A stretch of 61,844 bases of DNA, filler included, from 5 parts of 5 records of this genome joined end to end with filler, not necessarily neighbours in it, one strand, 5' to 3'; positions 1-9,673 are shown, numbered from the whole stretch's first letter. Notes: generated from the letters alone by a model not told the origin. Translations and numbers: made by a program.

Positions 1-1404
1 GTCTTTGACAATGTTCTGATCGGCGACCGAAAAGGCACCGACCTATATGGGCGTATGTTCGTGGTCTCCGCCTATGCGGGCATTACCGATCTTTTGCTCG
101 ACCATAAGAAATCAGGCGAACCGGGGGTCTATGGTCATTTCACATCGGACGAAGTCGACGCACCATGGGGCGCAGCACTTGAAACGGTCTGCGACACCAT
201 GAAGGCGCGTAACGCCGAAATGTTCGTCAACAAAACAAGCCTTGCCGAAGCCAACCAGTTCGTTGATGAACGCATTGAGGGCATGCGTATCTGTCTCGAA
301 GATCTCGACCGTCTGCGCGCCCATGGCCAGTTCCTGCTCACCGAGCCGCTGGCAACAGTGCGCGAGATGCTGTCCGGTCTGGGTGAAGCCCACAGCGCCC
401 ACAGCACCGCGCTTTTGCTGCGCGACCGTGGTGTCAATGCGGTCTTTATCGATCTCACCGGCTGGGCCGATGGCGATGATGGCTGGGGCGAAACCAATAT
501 GCCGACGCTGGACGAGCGCATTTCAAAGGCGTTGGAAAGCATTGATGTCGAAAACACTTTGCCCATCATCACGGGCTATGCGGCATCCAAGGCCGGCACC
601 GTGCGTCGCTATGATCGCGGCTATTCGGAAATCATTTTCTCGCGACTGGCTGTTCTGTCCGATGCCCGCGAAGCGATTATTCATAAAGAGTTCCATCTCT
701 CCAGCGCCGATCCGCGTCTCGTGGGGCCGGAACATGCCCGCAAGATCGGTCGTACCAACTATGACGTAGCCGACCAACTTGCCAATCTCGGCATGGAGGC
801 CATTCATCCTGGCGCCGGTCAGGGGCTGCGTCAGGCAGGCATTGCACTGCGCGTGCGCAATACGTTCGACCGCGAAGATGGTGGCACACTGATCTGTGGC
901 GATTACGTCTCCGACAATCCACGTGTCGAGATCATCACCGGCATGCGCTCTGTCTATGCGCTCCAGTTCTTCGAACAGGATATGGTCGGAGAAAAAGGTT
1001 TCGACAGCGCCATTCTTGAAGTGCTTGCGCGTCACAAGGCCTGGATTGTTTCCAAATCCTCCAATGCCAACACGATCACGCATTATCTTAATGCGAAGCC
1101 TGCCAATCTGCGTCGTGTCATTTCCGATCTGGAGGCGCGCTTTGAAAATGCGGCGATTTCCGCCCAGACCGTCGCAATGGTCTCGGTCATCGGCAGCGAC
1201 ATTTCCAAGCCCGGTCTTGTAGCGGAAGCCATGGTTGCTCTGCACGAAGCGGGCATCGAGGTCATGGGTATGCAGTACCAGATCCGCAATGTTGATGTGC
1301 AGTTCATCATCAGCGCCAAGGAATTCGATGCCGCCGTGCGCTGCCTGCACAACGCATTGGTCCTCACAGGTGAAGTGACCACAGCTGAAAGCGAAGCCGC
1401 CTGA
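1..1404 (+). CDS. ask: Aspartate kinase, ectoine-cluster (Ask_ect) type, 5' truncated
   Basis: Frame open from base 1 (VFDNVLIG...LYGRMFVVSAYAG); motifs RGYSE, HKEFHLSSADP, NLGMEAIHP; C-terminal ACT-like domain. Confidence 0.9.
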   Translation, partial: VFDNVLIGDRKGTDLYGRMFVVSAYAGITDLLLDHKKSGEPGVYGHFTSDEVDAPWGAALETVCDTMKARNAEMFVNKTSLAEANQFVDERIEGMRICLEDLDRLRAHGQFLLTEPLATVREMLSGLGEAHSAHSTALLLRDRGVNAVFIDLTGWADGDDGWGETNMPTLDERISKALESIDVENTLPIITGYAASKAGTVRRYDRGYSEIIFSRLAVLSDAREAIIHKEFHLSSADPRLVGPEHARKIGRTNYDVADQLANLGMEAIHPGAGQGLRQAGIALRVRNTFDREDGGTLICGDYVSDNPRVEIITGMRSVYALQFFEQDMVGEKGFDSAILEVLARHKAWIVSKSSNANTITHYLNAKPANLRRVISDLEARFENAAISAQTVAMVSVIGSDISKPGLVAEAMVALHEAGIEVMGMQYQIRNVDVQFIISAKEFDAAVRCLHNALVLTGEVTTAESEAA

Positions 1405-2816
1405 TGATTGTCGCAAGCTTTCTGCTTTTTATGGTTCTTTTCCTTGGCGTCGGATTGGCATCTGCTTTCCGCGCTGACAATTCTCGCGAAGACTATTATC
1501 TCGCCAGCAGCGGTGTCAGCCCGGCCTTTGCCGGTCTGTCTGCTGTTGCGACGAACAATAGCGGTTACATGTTCATTGGTGTCATCGGCTACACCTATGT
1601 CGTGGGACTTGCGTCGATCTGGTTGATGGCGGGTTGGATCTTTGGCGACTTTCTGGCGTCGCTCTTTATTCACAAGAAATTGCGACAAGCGACCGAACGT
1701 ACAGGTGAAGCATCCTTTGGTGCTGTCATTGCCAAATGGTCAGGCGGCGATATGCCCGTCTGGCGACGAATGGCTGCGATTATCACGGTTATTTTTCTGG
1801 GTTCTTACTCCGCCGCCCAGATAGCTGCCGGCGGTAAAGCTTTGCAAGGCGTGCTCGGTTGGGAGCCTTCGACCGGTGCATGGATTGTTGCCATTATGGT
1901 GCTCGCCTATAGCATGGCAGGCGGCATCCGCGCCTCGATCTGGACGGACGTGGCGCAAAGCATTGTGATGCTTGGTGCAATGTCACTGCTATTTGTGGCC
2001 GGTGTGCTTGGCTTTGGCGGATGGGACGCGGTCATCAATGCATGGCGCGCGGTGCCCGGTTTCTTTGATGTAACACCACCCGATATGGTCATGCCGGGAA
2101 TAGGCGGGCTGATACTATTTGTTGTCGGCTGGATGTTTGCCGGTCTCAGCGTTATCGGCCAGCCGCATGTCATGGTCCGTTTCATGGCACTCGACAAGCC
2201 TGAGAGCATGCGCAAGGCGCGTGTCTGGTACTATTCCTTCTTCATCATTTTCTATGCTCTGGCCACCGGCGTTGGCATGTTGTCGCGCTTGTATCTGCCG
2301 GAGCTTGGCAGCCTTGATCCGGAATTGGCTTTGCCAACTCTTGCCGTCGAACTTCTGCCGCCCGTCTTGGTCGGCGTTGTGCTTGCTGGCATTTTCTCGG
2401 CCACCATGTCGACGGCGGACTCGCTTGTTCTCAGTTGTTCGGCCGCCATCACGCATGATTTTGCGCGTGATCGCCTTGAAAAGCCGTGGATGTTGAAAGT
2501 GGCAACAGCCGGCGTTACAGGCCTTGCTTTGTTCATAGCCTTGCAAGGGTCGAGCAGCGTCTTTGATCTGGTAATCTTGTCATGGTCCACACTGGCCGTT
2601 GCCTTTGGACCTTTGTTGACTCTCCTTGCCTTGGGTCGACGTGTCAATGAAGTCACGGCCATTGTTATGACGGTGGTTGGTGTTTGTGTGGCGCTGGCTT
2701 GGCGTCAGGCCGGTCTGCAAGGCATGATTTACGAAGGCATGCCCGGCATGTTGGCGGGCCTTCTTGTCGGCTACGCCATGTCGAGCTTTACCAAGCGCGA
2801 TACAGTCAGCGTGTAA
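1404..2816 (+). CDS. Sodium:solute symporter (PutP-like, probably EctI-like osmolyte importer)
   Basis: Polytopic membrane protein; DYYLA, SAVATNNSGYMFIG, GQPHVMVRFMA, ATMSTADS motifs; TGATG overlap with ask. Confidence 0.85.
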   Translation: MIVASFLLFMVLFLGVGLASAFRADNSREDYYLASSGVSPAFAGLSAVATNNSGYMFIGVIGYTYVVGLASIWLMAGWIFGDFLASLFIHKKLRQATERTGEASFGAVIAKWSGGDMPVWRRMAAIITVIFLGSYSAAQIAAGGKALQGVLGWEPSTGAWIVAIMVLAYSMAGGIRASIWTDVAQSIVMLGAMSLLFVAGVLGFGGWDAVINAWRAVPGFFDVTPPDMVMPGIGGLILFVVGWMFAGLSVIGQPHVMVRFMALDKPESMRKARVWYYSFFIIFYALATGVGMLSRLYLPELGSLDPELALPTLAVELLPPVLVGVVLAGIFSATMSTADSLVLSCSAAITHDFARDRLEKPWMLKVATAGVTGLALFIALQGSSSVFDLVILSWSTLAVAFGPLLTLLALGRRVNEVTAIVMTVVGVCVALAWRQAGLQGMIYEGMPGMLAGLLVGYAMSSFTKRDTVSV

Positions 2817-2843
2817 CGACCGCGTAAAAAAGGTTTCCGCTAT

Positions 2844-4100
2844 ATGATTGCTGCGATACTTCCGGTTCGCACACTTCTGATTGCTATTTTCATGTTGATG
2901 GCGGGCAGTGGGTTTCTGTCCACTCTCATCTCTCTGCGTCTCGATGCGGAAGGTGTCACCTCGCTCTTCATCGGGTTGGTGGCAACAGCATATTTTCTGG
3001 GCCTCACTTTCGGGTCACTCTCTGTCTCTGGTCTCGTCGCGCGCGTTGGTCACATCCGCGCCTTTGCCACTTTTGTCTCGCTCTTCTCGGCAAGCACTCT
3101 TGCCTATGCATTGCATCAGGATACGGCCCTCTGGGCCGCCTTGCGCTTTGTCGACGGGTTCTGCATGGCGGGTGTTTTTGTCTGCTTGGAAAGCTGGCTC
3201 AACGAGCGCGCCGAAGCCCGCACCCGCGGCTCTGTCCTCGCCTTCTACATGATCGCGCTTTATGCCGGTCAGGCCATCGGGCAGTTCTTGCTCAATCTTG
3301 CCGAAACCCGTCCGACTGTTCCCTTCATGGCAGCCTCGGTCATTTTGTCGATGGCCGTCATTCCGGTCGCTGTCACGCGCATAGCTTCACCGCAGCTTGA
3401 AGCTCGTGCGCCGCTCACTATGCGCCGGCTTTATGAAGTCTCGCCGCTCGGCATTGTCGGCGCGGCCATTAACGGCCTCATGCTGGGGGCTTTCTATGCG
3501 ATGGGTGCGGTCTATATCCGCCGCCTCGGCATGGAATTGTCGGAAGCTGCCATTTTCATGAGTGCGGTTATTCTGGGTGGTGTTGTGCTGCAATGGCCGA
3601 TCGGTCGCCTGTCAGACCGCTTCGACCGCCGCCGCGTTATCTCCGGTACATTCGGCGCGGCCGTCATTATTTCGCTTCTCATCGCGCTCTTCGGTGCGCC
3701 GGGTCATGTGTTGCTTGTGCTGGCCAGTCTCTTTGGCGGTTTGAGCTTTGCGCTCTATCCGCTTTGTGTCGCCCACACCAATGACCATCTGACAGGCGAC
3801 GAACGCATCGGCGCCAGTGGTGGCCTTGTGCTGGCCTATTCGGTGGGCGCAGCTGCCGGTCCCGTCGCCGGTGCCGCCGCCATGCATCTGATCGGCCCGT
3901 CCGGACTTTTTGTGTTTATCGCGCTTGCCGCCCTTGCCGCATTGGCCTTCGCCTTGCGCCGTCAGTGGGTCAGCGAGCCCGTGCCCGAGGCCGAGCAGCA
4001 GCCTTATCAGATCTTGCCGCGCACCACGCCCCAATCGGCCAGTCTTGATCCCAATGTACTGGACGAAGAGATCGAACCTGCCGCAGCGGCAGGCGCATAA
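2844..4100 (+). CDS. MFS transporter (YcaD-like)
   Basis: About 12 hydrophobic segments; RVGHIRAF, ESWLNE and GRLSDRFDRR motifs. Confidence 0.85.
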   Translation: MIAAILPVRTLLIAIFMLMAGSGFLSTLISLRLDAEGVTSLFIGLVATAYFLGLTFGSLSVSGLVARVGHIRAFATFVSLFSASTLAYALHQDTALWAALRFVDGFCMAGVFVCLESWLNERAEARTRGSVLAFYMIALYAGQAIGQFLLNLAETRPTVPFMAASVILSMAVIPVAVTRIASPQLEARAPLTMRRLYEVSPLGIVGAAINGLMLGAFYAMGAVYIRRLGMELSEAAIFMSAVILGGVVLQWPIGRLSDRFDRRRVISGTFGAAVIISLLIALFGAPGHVLLVLASLFGGLSFALYPLCVAHTNDHLTGDERIGASGGLVLAYSVGAAAGPVAGAAAMHLIGPSGLFVFIALAALAALAFALRRQWVSEPVPEAEQQPYQILPRTTPQSASLDPNVLDEEIEPAAAAGA

Positions 4101-4167
4101 CGTCTGACAAAAAAGATTGAAACCTTTTGCCGTTTCCCCGCGTATTATCGAGCAAAGGGGAGCAAAC

Positions 4168-5115
4168 ATGACCGCCATAATCGACCGTCCATCTGGCAAA
4201 TTCACCAATACACTTGTCACCGCCGACGGCTCCGTCCGCGCTCATGTGCCTTTCAAAGGGTTCGAGACACTCTGGTTCAACACCGGAACGCTCTGCAATC
4301 TCGCTTGCCACAATTGTTATATTGAATCGAGCCCGCGCAATGATGCGCTTGTCTATCTCTCCCGCGCCGAAGTCGCCGCCTATCTCGACGAGGCATCCGG
4401 CCTTTCTCCGCGCCCTGTTGAAATAGGTTTCACAGGTGGTGAGCCTTTCATGAACCCCGACATGATCGGCATGACAGAGGATGCATTGGCCGCAGGCTAC
4501 CGCGTTCTCATCCTCACCAATGCCATGAAGCCCATGCATCACGTCAAAGCTTCATTGCTCGACTTGCATACACGCTTTCCGAAAAAACTGGCGCTCCGCA
4601 TCTCGCTTGATGGTTATACCTCTGCGGCTCACGAAGAGCTTCGCGGCCCCCGCTCCTGGGAGCCGACACTGGCAGGCCTCACATGGGCATGCGAGCAGGG
4701 CTTTGACGCCGCGGTGGCAGGTCGCACCGTCTGGGGCGAGAGCGAAGCGCAATCCCGTGCCGGTTTTGCAAAGCTTTTTGCCACGTTGGGCCTTGCGCTT
4801 GATGCGGCAGACCCCGCTCGTCTTGTTCTCTTTCCCGAAATGGAAGCGGACAGGGATGTCGCCGAAATCACCGAGCAATGCTGGGGCATTCTCGACAAAA
4901 CGCCCGATAGTGTCATGTGTTCCAACTCGCGCATGGTGGTCAAACCTAAAGGCGCGGCGCGTCCTCATGTCGCCAGTTGCACATTGCTGCCCTATGCGCC
5001 CGACTTTGCCATGGGCGAAACACTCGTTTCTTCTATGCGGGATGTCTCGCTCAATCATCCCTTTTGTGCGCAGTTCTGCGTGCTGGGCGGGGCCTCCTGC
5101 AGCGCAGCTTCATAA
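4168..5115 (+). CDS. Radical SAM protein with Cys-rich C-terminus (ArsS-related family, function unknown)
   Basis: CNLACHNC (CxxxCxxC), FTGGEP, LTN; C-terminal HPFCAQFCVLGGASCS; ATG 4168 follows GGGGAG. Confidence 0.85.
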   Translation: MTAIIDRPSGKFTNTLVTADGSVRAHVPFKGFETLWFNTGTLCNLACHNCYIESSPRNDALVYLSRAEVAAYLDEASGLSPRPVEIGFTGGEPFMNPDMIGMTEDALAAGYRVLILTNAMKPMHHVKASLLDLHTRFPKKLALRISLDGYTSAAHEELRGPRSWEPTLAGLTWACEQGFDAAVAGRTVWGESEAQSRAGFAKLFATLGLALDAADPARLVLFPEMEADRDVAEITEQCWGILDKTPDSVMCSNSRMVVKPKGAARPHVASCTLLPYAPDFAMGETLVSSMRDVSLNHPFCAQFCVLGGASCSAAS

Positions 5116-5249
5116 CGCGTCTCAACGAGCTTAATTCAGAGTGAACCAAACATTTTACTTTGTTTAACGCTCTATTCTTGCGCTTCGCTCACATATAGAT
5201 CGTATTGAAAATATCGGTGTCAGATGGTTTTCTCTGGCATAGGTGCGCA

Positions 5250-6278
5250 ATGAATTCGGACGGTCTTATAAAAGCGTCGGTCTTGAGAGAATTTGGAAAT
5301 GCTCTTTCCGAATATCGCCTCAGCACGTCTGACATCTCCAGCTACAATCCGCAATGGGATCCGCTGGTTGGGGATGAAGCCGCGCTCATTTCCCAGACCA
5401 AATACATGGAGGCATTGGAGCAGGCCACCAGCATGACGGGCGATCCGCTCTTCTCAATGAAACTTGGGATGCGCACCCGCGCTCAAAACTTCGGACGCCT
5501 CGTTGGCATCATCCTCAATCAGCCGACCTTCGGCACGGCTTTGCGTATATTCGTCAAATATCTCTCGACCTATCAGCAGGGCGCGCAAGCCGGAATCGAG
5601 CGCCTGGATAGTGGCCTTGTGCGTTTTTCCTATCGTGTTGGCGCGCGCGCCGGTGCCGCGATGGAAGCCGATATCGATTTCACTATCGGTGTCTATCTCA
5701 GCGCCTTGCGGCAGATTGTTGGCAACCATTGGTCACCACGTGAAGTGCATTTCGTTTATCCGCCTGTCGAACATCGCGCCGCTATGGAGCGTCTTCTGTG
5801 CGCGCCGGTCTGGTTTGCGCGCCCTGCCAGTGGCCTTGTCTTTGAGGCCGATCTGCTCGGTCTCCCCATGCCTGACGCCAATATCCAGATCGCGCGGGCT
5901 TTGGAAGACTATCTGATACGCATTGAGAAAAATTCGATCCTGCGTTCAGATATTCTTAGCCGCTTGCAGCTCTTTCTTGTCTCGCAGCTTGCAAATGGTG
6001 ATATCTCGATTGCAGCCGCCGCGCGCGCTTGCGCGATATCTCAGCGCACCATGCAGCGCCGCTTGGCCGAGCTGGGGCTGAGCTATGGATCCCTTGTTGC
6101 GAATACGCGTCGCGATGTGGCCGAGCGCCTTTTGCTGGCCACCTCGCTGCCCGCCACCGAAATTGCCTCCTATTGCGGCTATAGCGATCCGACCAATTTT
6201 CACCGTGCTTTTTTGCGCTGGACCGGCCAGACGCCAACGAATTTCCGTCGCGCTGATCCTGCTGCGCCAATTGGCTAG
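5250..6278 (+). CDS. AraC-family transcriptional regulator with N-terminal ligand-binding domain
   Basis: C-terminal SQRTMQRRLAE...EIASYCGYSDPTNFHRAFLRWTGQTPTNFR; start could be 5205 or 5250. Confidence 0.9.
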   Translation: MNSDGLIKASVLREFGNALSEYRLSTSDISSYNPQWDPLVGDEAALISQTKYMEALEQATSMTGDPLFSMKLGMRTRAQNFGRLVGIILNQPTFGTALRIFVKYLSTYQQGAQAGIERLDSGLVRFSYRVGARAGAAMEADIDFTIGVYLSALRQIVGNHWSPREVHFVYPPVEHRAAMERLLCAPVWFARPASGLVFEADLLGLPMPDANIQIARALEDYLIRIEKNSILRSDILSRLQLFLVSQLANGDISIAAAARACAISQRTMQRRLAELGLSYGSLVANTRRDVAERLLLATSLPATEIASYCGYSDPTNFHRAFLRWTGQTPTNFRRADPAAPIG

Positions 6279-6715
6279 CGGCTGGTTTTTTCCGCATCCA
6301 TCATTTCGACCAGCCTTTCGCGTTCGTCATTTACATGCGCTGGCTTGTGGCGACGCAGTTTGGCCACTTCTGCATCCGTATAGGGTGTGAAATTCTCCGG
6401 CACGTGTTCGGCATCAAAATGCTTGATCAGCCAGTTCAGCAGTGCCGCCACCGATGCATCATCCAATGGCGACTGGCGTGTGCCGGGCACTTGCACCAGA
6501 AAATCGCGTCCCCCCGGCACCGATAGAAATCGCGCAACATGCCCCTGCAGTGCAGGCACCTTGCCCACCACTTCTGCACCATCCGGACCGTGGCAGCCCA
6601 TACATTTCAGCATGTAGTCTGTTTGTGGGTCAGCCATAACAGTGCCAGCTGTGGCCAGCCATGCCGCCACGCATATGCTGCCCAGCCGCAACGAGTATGA
6701 TCCTGTGTCACTCAT
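6275..6715 (-). CDS. Periplasmic mono-haem cytochrome c
   Basis: Signal peptide, single CMGCH haem motif; 4 nt downstream of the amine dehydrogenase light chain. Confidence 0.85.
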   Translation of the reverse strand: MSDTGSYSLRLGSICVAAWLATAGTVMADPQTDYMLKCMGCHGPDGAEVVGKVPALQGHVARFLSVPGGRDFLVQVPGTRQSPLDDASVAALLNWLIKHFDAEHVPENFTPYTDAEVAKLRRHKPAHVNDERERLVEMMDAEKTSR

Positions 6716-6719
6716 AGGC

Positions 6720-7232
6720 TCAGGGCGTGTCAGTGCTCACGCCCATAATCACGGCGGTCGAGCAATTGTAGATGATGTCGGCTGTCGAACCCGCACACCA
6801 GTTGATGTCATTGGCCGCATCGCTGCGATAAAGCGGCATATCGCCTTCATCGCGCTGGCAAACGCAGCGCCCGCATGCGCTTCGCCCGCAGCAGTCATTA
6901 TAGGAGATGATATAGTCGCGCCCGTCATTCGGGTTGCGGCATGTCCCCACCCACGTCACTGCCGAGACAACGGTGCCGGGTGGGCAGCTATTCACACTGC
7001 CACCGCAACAACCACAGAGAAATCCGTCAATCGCGCAATAGCGCCAGTAGTCGCAAGACGTTGAATCCCCGTCTGTCGGCGTGTCGGCCTTCACCCGCGC
7101 CACCGGCAGCAGCGGCACACTTGCCGCGCCAAACAGGACCGCGCTTGCACTGGCCAAAAACCCGCGTCGCGATGTGCCCCGCGCAATCCGCCGTGTCGAT
7201 TGTTCAAACCACTGGTCCAGACGTCCCATCAC
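6720..7232 (-). CDS. mauA: TTQ amine dehydrogenase light (small) chain, AauA/MauA family
   Basis: Tat signal SRRGFL; CDYWRYCAIDGFLCGCCGG; both TTQ Trp positions (TWVGTC, NDINWC); many Cys. Confidence 0.95.
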   Translation of the reverse strand: MMGRLDQWFEQSTRRIARGTSRRGFLASASAVLFGAASVPLLPVARVKADTPTDGDSTSCDYWRYCAIDGFLCGCCGGSVNSCPPGTVVSAVTWVGTCRNPNDGRDYIISYNDCCGRSACGRCVCQRDEGDMPLYRSDAANDINWCAGSTADIIYNCSTAVIMGVSTDTP

Positions 7233-7867
7233 ATGCCTCCCTGCGTGCCATCGGCTCTGGCCGCCATATCCCGTTTCATGAAATCCTGGATCGAGGCGAC
7301 CCCCTCGCGCTCTGCTTCCAGCAAGCTCTCCAGATGTTCGCGATTATTCACCAGCCCATGTGCTCGCAACACGCCATCAGCATCGATCAGCACACCATAG
7401 GGCAGCTTCGCCACACCAAAACTCATGCCGAGCTGGGGCGACAGCACATAAGGCAGATCGTCCAGTCTCTTGCGGGCAATGAAGGCGCGGTGTTCGGCCT
7501 CGTCCCCATCGCTTGCCAGCACCAGCCGCAGCTTCGGTGTCTGGTTTGCCAGTGTATGCAATGTCGGCAGCAGCGAGGCGCAGACAGGGCAGGTGGGCGA
7601 GACAAAGAAGATCAGCGTGCTGCGTCCCTCGCTCTCCACGCCACCAATGGCAATCGCATCGCCGCCTGCCTGCGGGTTGAGATTGGCCAGCGAGAAAGCC
7701 GGTGCCGCTTCGCCCACCAGCGCGCCTTTGCCCACCATCAATGCGCCCACAGGCGTGATGCGTTCATGCAGCACACCGATCTGACGGCTCAGCATCAGCA
7801 CAATGCCCGCCAGTCCCAGCACCAGCAGCCAGAGCAGGATGTTGGAGATCAGCAATGTCATTTCCAT
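7229..7867 (-). CDS. mauD: Amine dehydrogenase accessory thioredoxin-like protein MauD
   Basis: N-terminal TM, RQIGVLHERITPVGAL, SPTCPVC, GLVNNREHLESL; start inferred at ATG 7867. Confidence 0.92.
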   Translation of the reverse strand: MEMTLLISNILLWLLVLGLAGIVLMLSRQIGVLHERITPVGALMVGKGALVGEAAPAFSLANLNPQAGGDAIAIGGVESEGRSTLIFFVSPTCPVCASLLPTLHTLANQTPKLRLVLASDGDEAEHRAFIARKRLDDLPYVLSPQLGMSFGVAKLPYGVLIDADGVLRAHGLVNNREHLESLLEAEREGVASIQDFMKRDMAARADGTQGGM

Positions 7868-7884
7868 AAGGTCTGGTCCATTGG

Positions 7885-8418
7885 TCAGGCTTTCAGTCGG
7901 CGCATCGCAGGCCATTGCGCGACAAGCGTGTTGAAACTCATGTAAAGGGCAAGTGCGGTCAGTGCGGCCATCCCCCCGAGCAGATAGTCGGCCCAGAGGG
8001 CAGGGCGGTAATCCACCGGCAGCATCAAGGCGGCGGCACATAGCGCCAATGCGAGATTGCGCCCCACCAGCGCCCAATGCAGCACCTGCTTGCCATCCGC
8101 ACCGCCGCAGCCGCAGTCAATATCGTGCCGCCCGCGTATCAGGTTGATGCCCATGGCGCAGGCATAGACAAGCATCAGCACCACAGCACAAAGCCCGGCG
8201 TCTTGTGAGCGTGCCAGCAGAAAAATCACAACCGCGCATTCCACCAGCGGTATCGCGCGTGACGCCGGATGCACAAGTCCCACAGGCAACAGGTCATAGG
8301 CCAGCAATTGCCCTTCGAATGTCGCGCGGTCTTTCAGCTTGTGATAGGCCGCCGTTGCGAAGACCGCAGCCAGAAGCCCGCGCAACATTAGATCGACCAT
8401 CGGATCCAGCGTCACCAT
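7885..8418 (-). CDS. mauE: Amine dehydrogenase accessory membrane protein MauE
   Basis: Hydrophobic; GINLIRGRHDIDCGCGG and RNL motifs; position between heavy chain and mauD. Confidence 0.92.
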   Translation of the reverse strand: MVTLDPMVDLMLRGLLAAVFATAAYHKLKDRATFEGQLLAYDLLPVGLVHPASRAIPLVECAVVIFLLARSQDAGLCAVVLMLVYACAMGINLIRGRHDIDCGCGGADGKQVLHWALVGRNLALALCAAALMLPVDYRPALWADYLLGGMAALTALALYMSFNTLVAQWPAMRRLKA

Positions 8419-8428
8419 TTCCCCGCCC

Positions 8429-9673
8429 TCACGGTTGCATCACACCGGCGGCAAAATTCGCCGCATGGGTCACGGTGCGCAAATGCGAGCCGTCAGTCGC
8501 GTCATAGACATCCAGCGCAGGCTTCACCACATCAAGGTCCTGAAATTCCACGCCGAGGATCGATACCAGTACCAGCGACCAGTAAGGCAGAACGGTTTTC
8601 AGCGACGCCGTGTTGAGCAGCGGCTGATCGTCTTGCGATACATTGATCGCCATGGTCACATTTTCGAGTTTGATGCGCTCGACCGTTTTGTGGGTATCAA
8701 GGTCGATCACCCAGACCTCTTCGCCCGGTTCTTCATATGTCTCGCGCCCGCCTTGCCGCATCAGCGCATAGAGCTTGTTGCTCGCCTGATGGATGGCCAG
8801 CGGCTGCACGCCGCCTGTGCGCCATCCGTCCTCGCGCTCATCGTCAGTAAGCAGCGACCATTTTTCTTTCAGCTTTGCCTTGTCGCCCGACACATCGACA
8901 TCATGGATATAGCCATCCATTGATATGAACAGCCAGTCGCTCGCGCCCTGCCTTGCGGCATGCACCAGCACAGGGTCTTTGAACGGATCGAAAAACACTT
9001 CGCCCTCTGTTTGTGCGGTCACGTTGCCCGCCTCATCCAGCGTCAGCATGTGCAAAGTTGCATCGCCGCACAGAATGGCAAAGCGGCGCGCTCCTGCGGG
9101 ATAGATCTGCCCGCAGCCCGGCGTATCCACCTCGCTCAGAAATCGGTGTTCCTTAAGATCGACAAGGCTCACCGATTGCGCTGGCGTGAAATTGGAGACC
9201 GCGATAAAGCGCCCGTCATCGCTCACATCGGCCACACGCGTTTGTGTCAGAGCCGACATGCGCTTGTTGGGAATTTCGATTTCATGCGTCGGCAGCAAAG
9301 TCTTGGGATCATATGTGACCACATAGTCCGTGCGTTTGCCGCGTGTGCCTTGCGCAAAATAAGTTTCCAGCGTCACAAACTGGCTCTTGTCGGCGGGGAA
9401 GAAAGCCAGCGCGCTCCAGTAGCCGGTATTCATCTGGCCCAGCATCGTGCCTTTGTCTGCATCATAAATCACGACGCGCGTATCAAGCGTACTGAGCGGG
9501 TTGATGTCCCCCAGTGCTACCCAGTGGTCGCGTGGACCGTCCGGCATGGTTTCCACATAAGGCGTCTCGGCAGGCAGTTCCGCCGGCACGTCTGCGGCTA
9601 GCACCGGTGCTGCATGCAGCATGAGCGCTGCCAGAATCCAGCTGCTGCTTGAAAGGTGTTTCATACCTGTCAT
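8429..9673 (-). CDS. mauB: TTQ amine dehydrogenase heavy (large) chain, beta-propeller
   Basis: Signal peptide; TYFAQGTRGKRTDYV, NFTPAQSVSLVDL, DTPGC, WRTGGVQ motifs. Confidence 0.92.
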   Translation of the reverse strand: MTGMKHLSSSSWILAALMLHAAPVLAADVPAELPAETPYVETMPDGPRDHWVALGDINPLSTLDTRVVIYDADKGTMLGQMNTGYWSALAFFPADKSQFVTLETYFAQGTRGKRTDYVVTYDPKTLLPTHEIEIPNKRMSALTQTRVADVSDDGRFIAVSNFTPAQSVSLVDLKEHRFLSEVDTPGCGQIYPAGARRFAILCGDATLHMLTLDEAGNVTAQTEGEVFFDPFKDPVLVHAARQGASDWLFISMDGYIHDVDVSGDKAKLKEKWSLLTDDEREDGWRTGGVQPLAIHQASNKLYALMRQGGRETYEEPGEEVWVIDLDTHKTVERIKLENVTMAINVSQDDQPLLNTASLKTVLPYWSLVLVSILGVEFQDLDVVKPALDVYDATDGSHLRTVTHAANFAAGVMQP

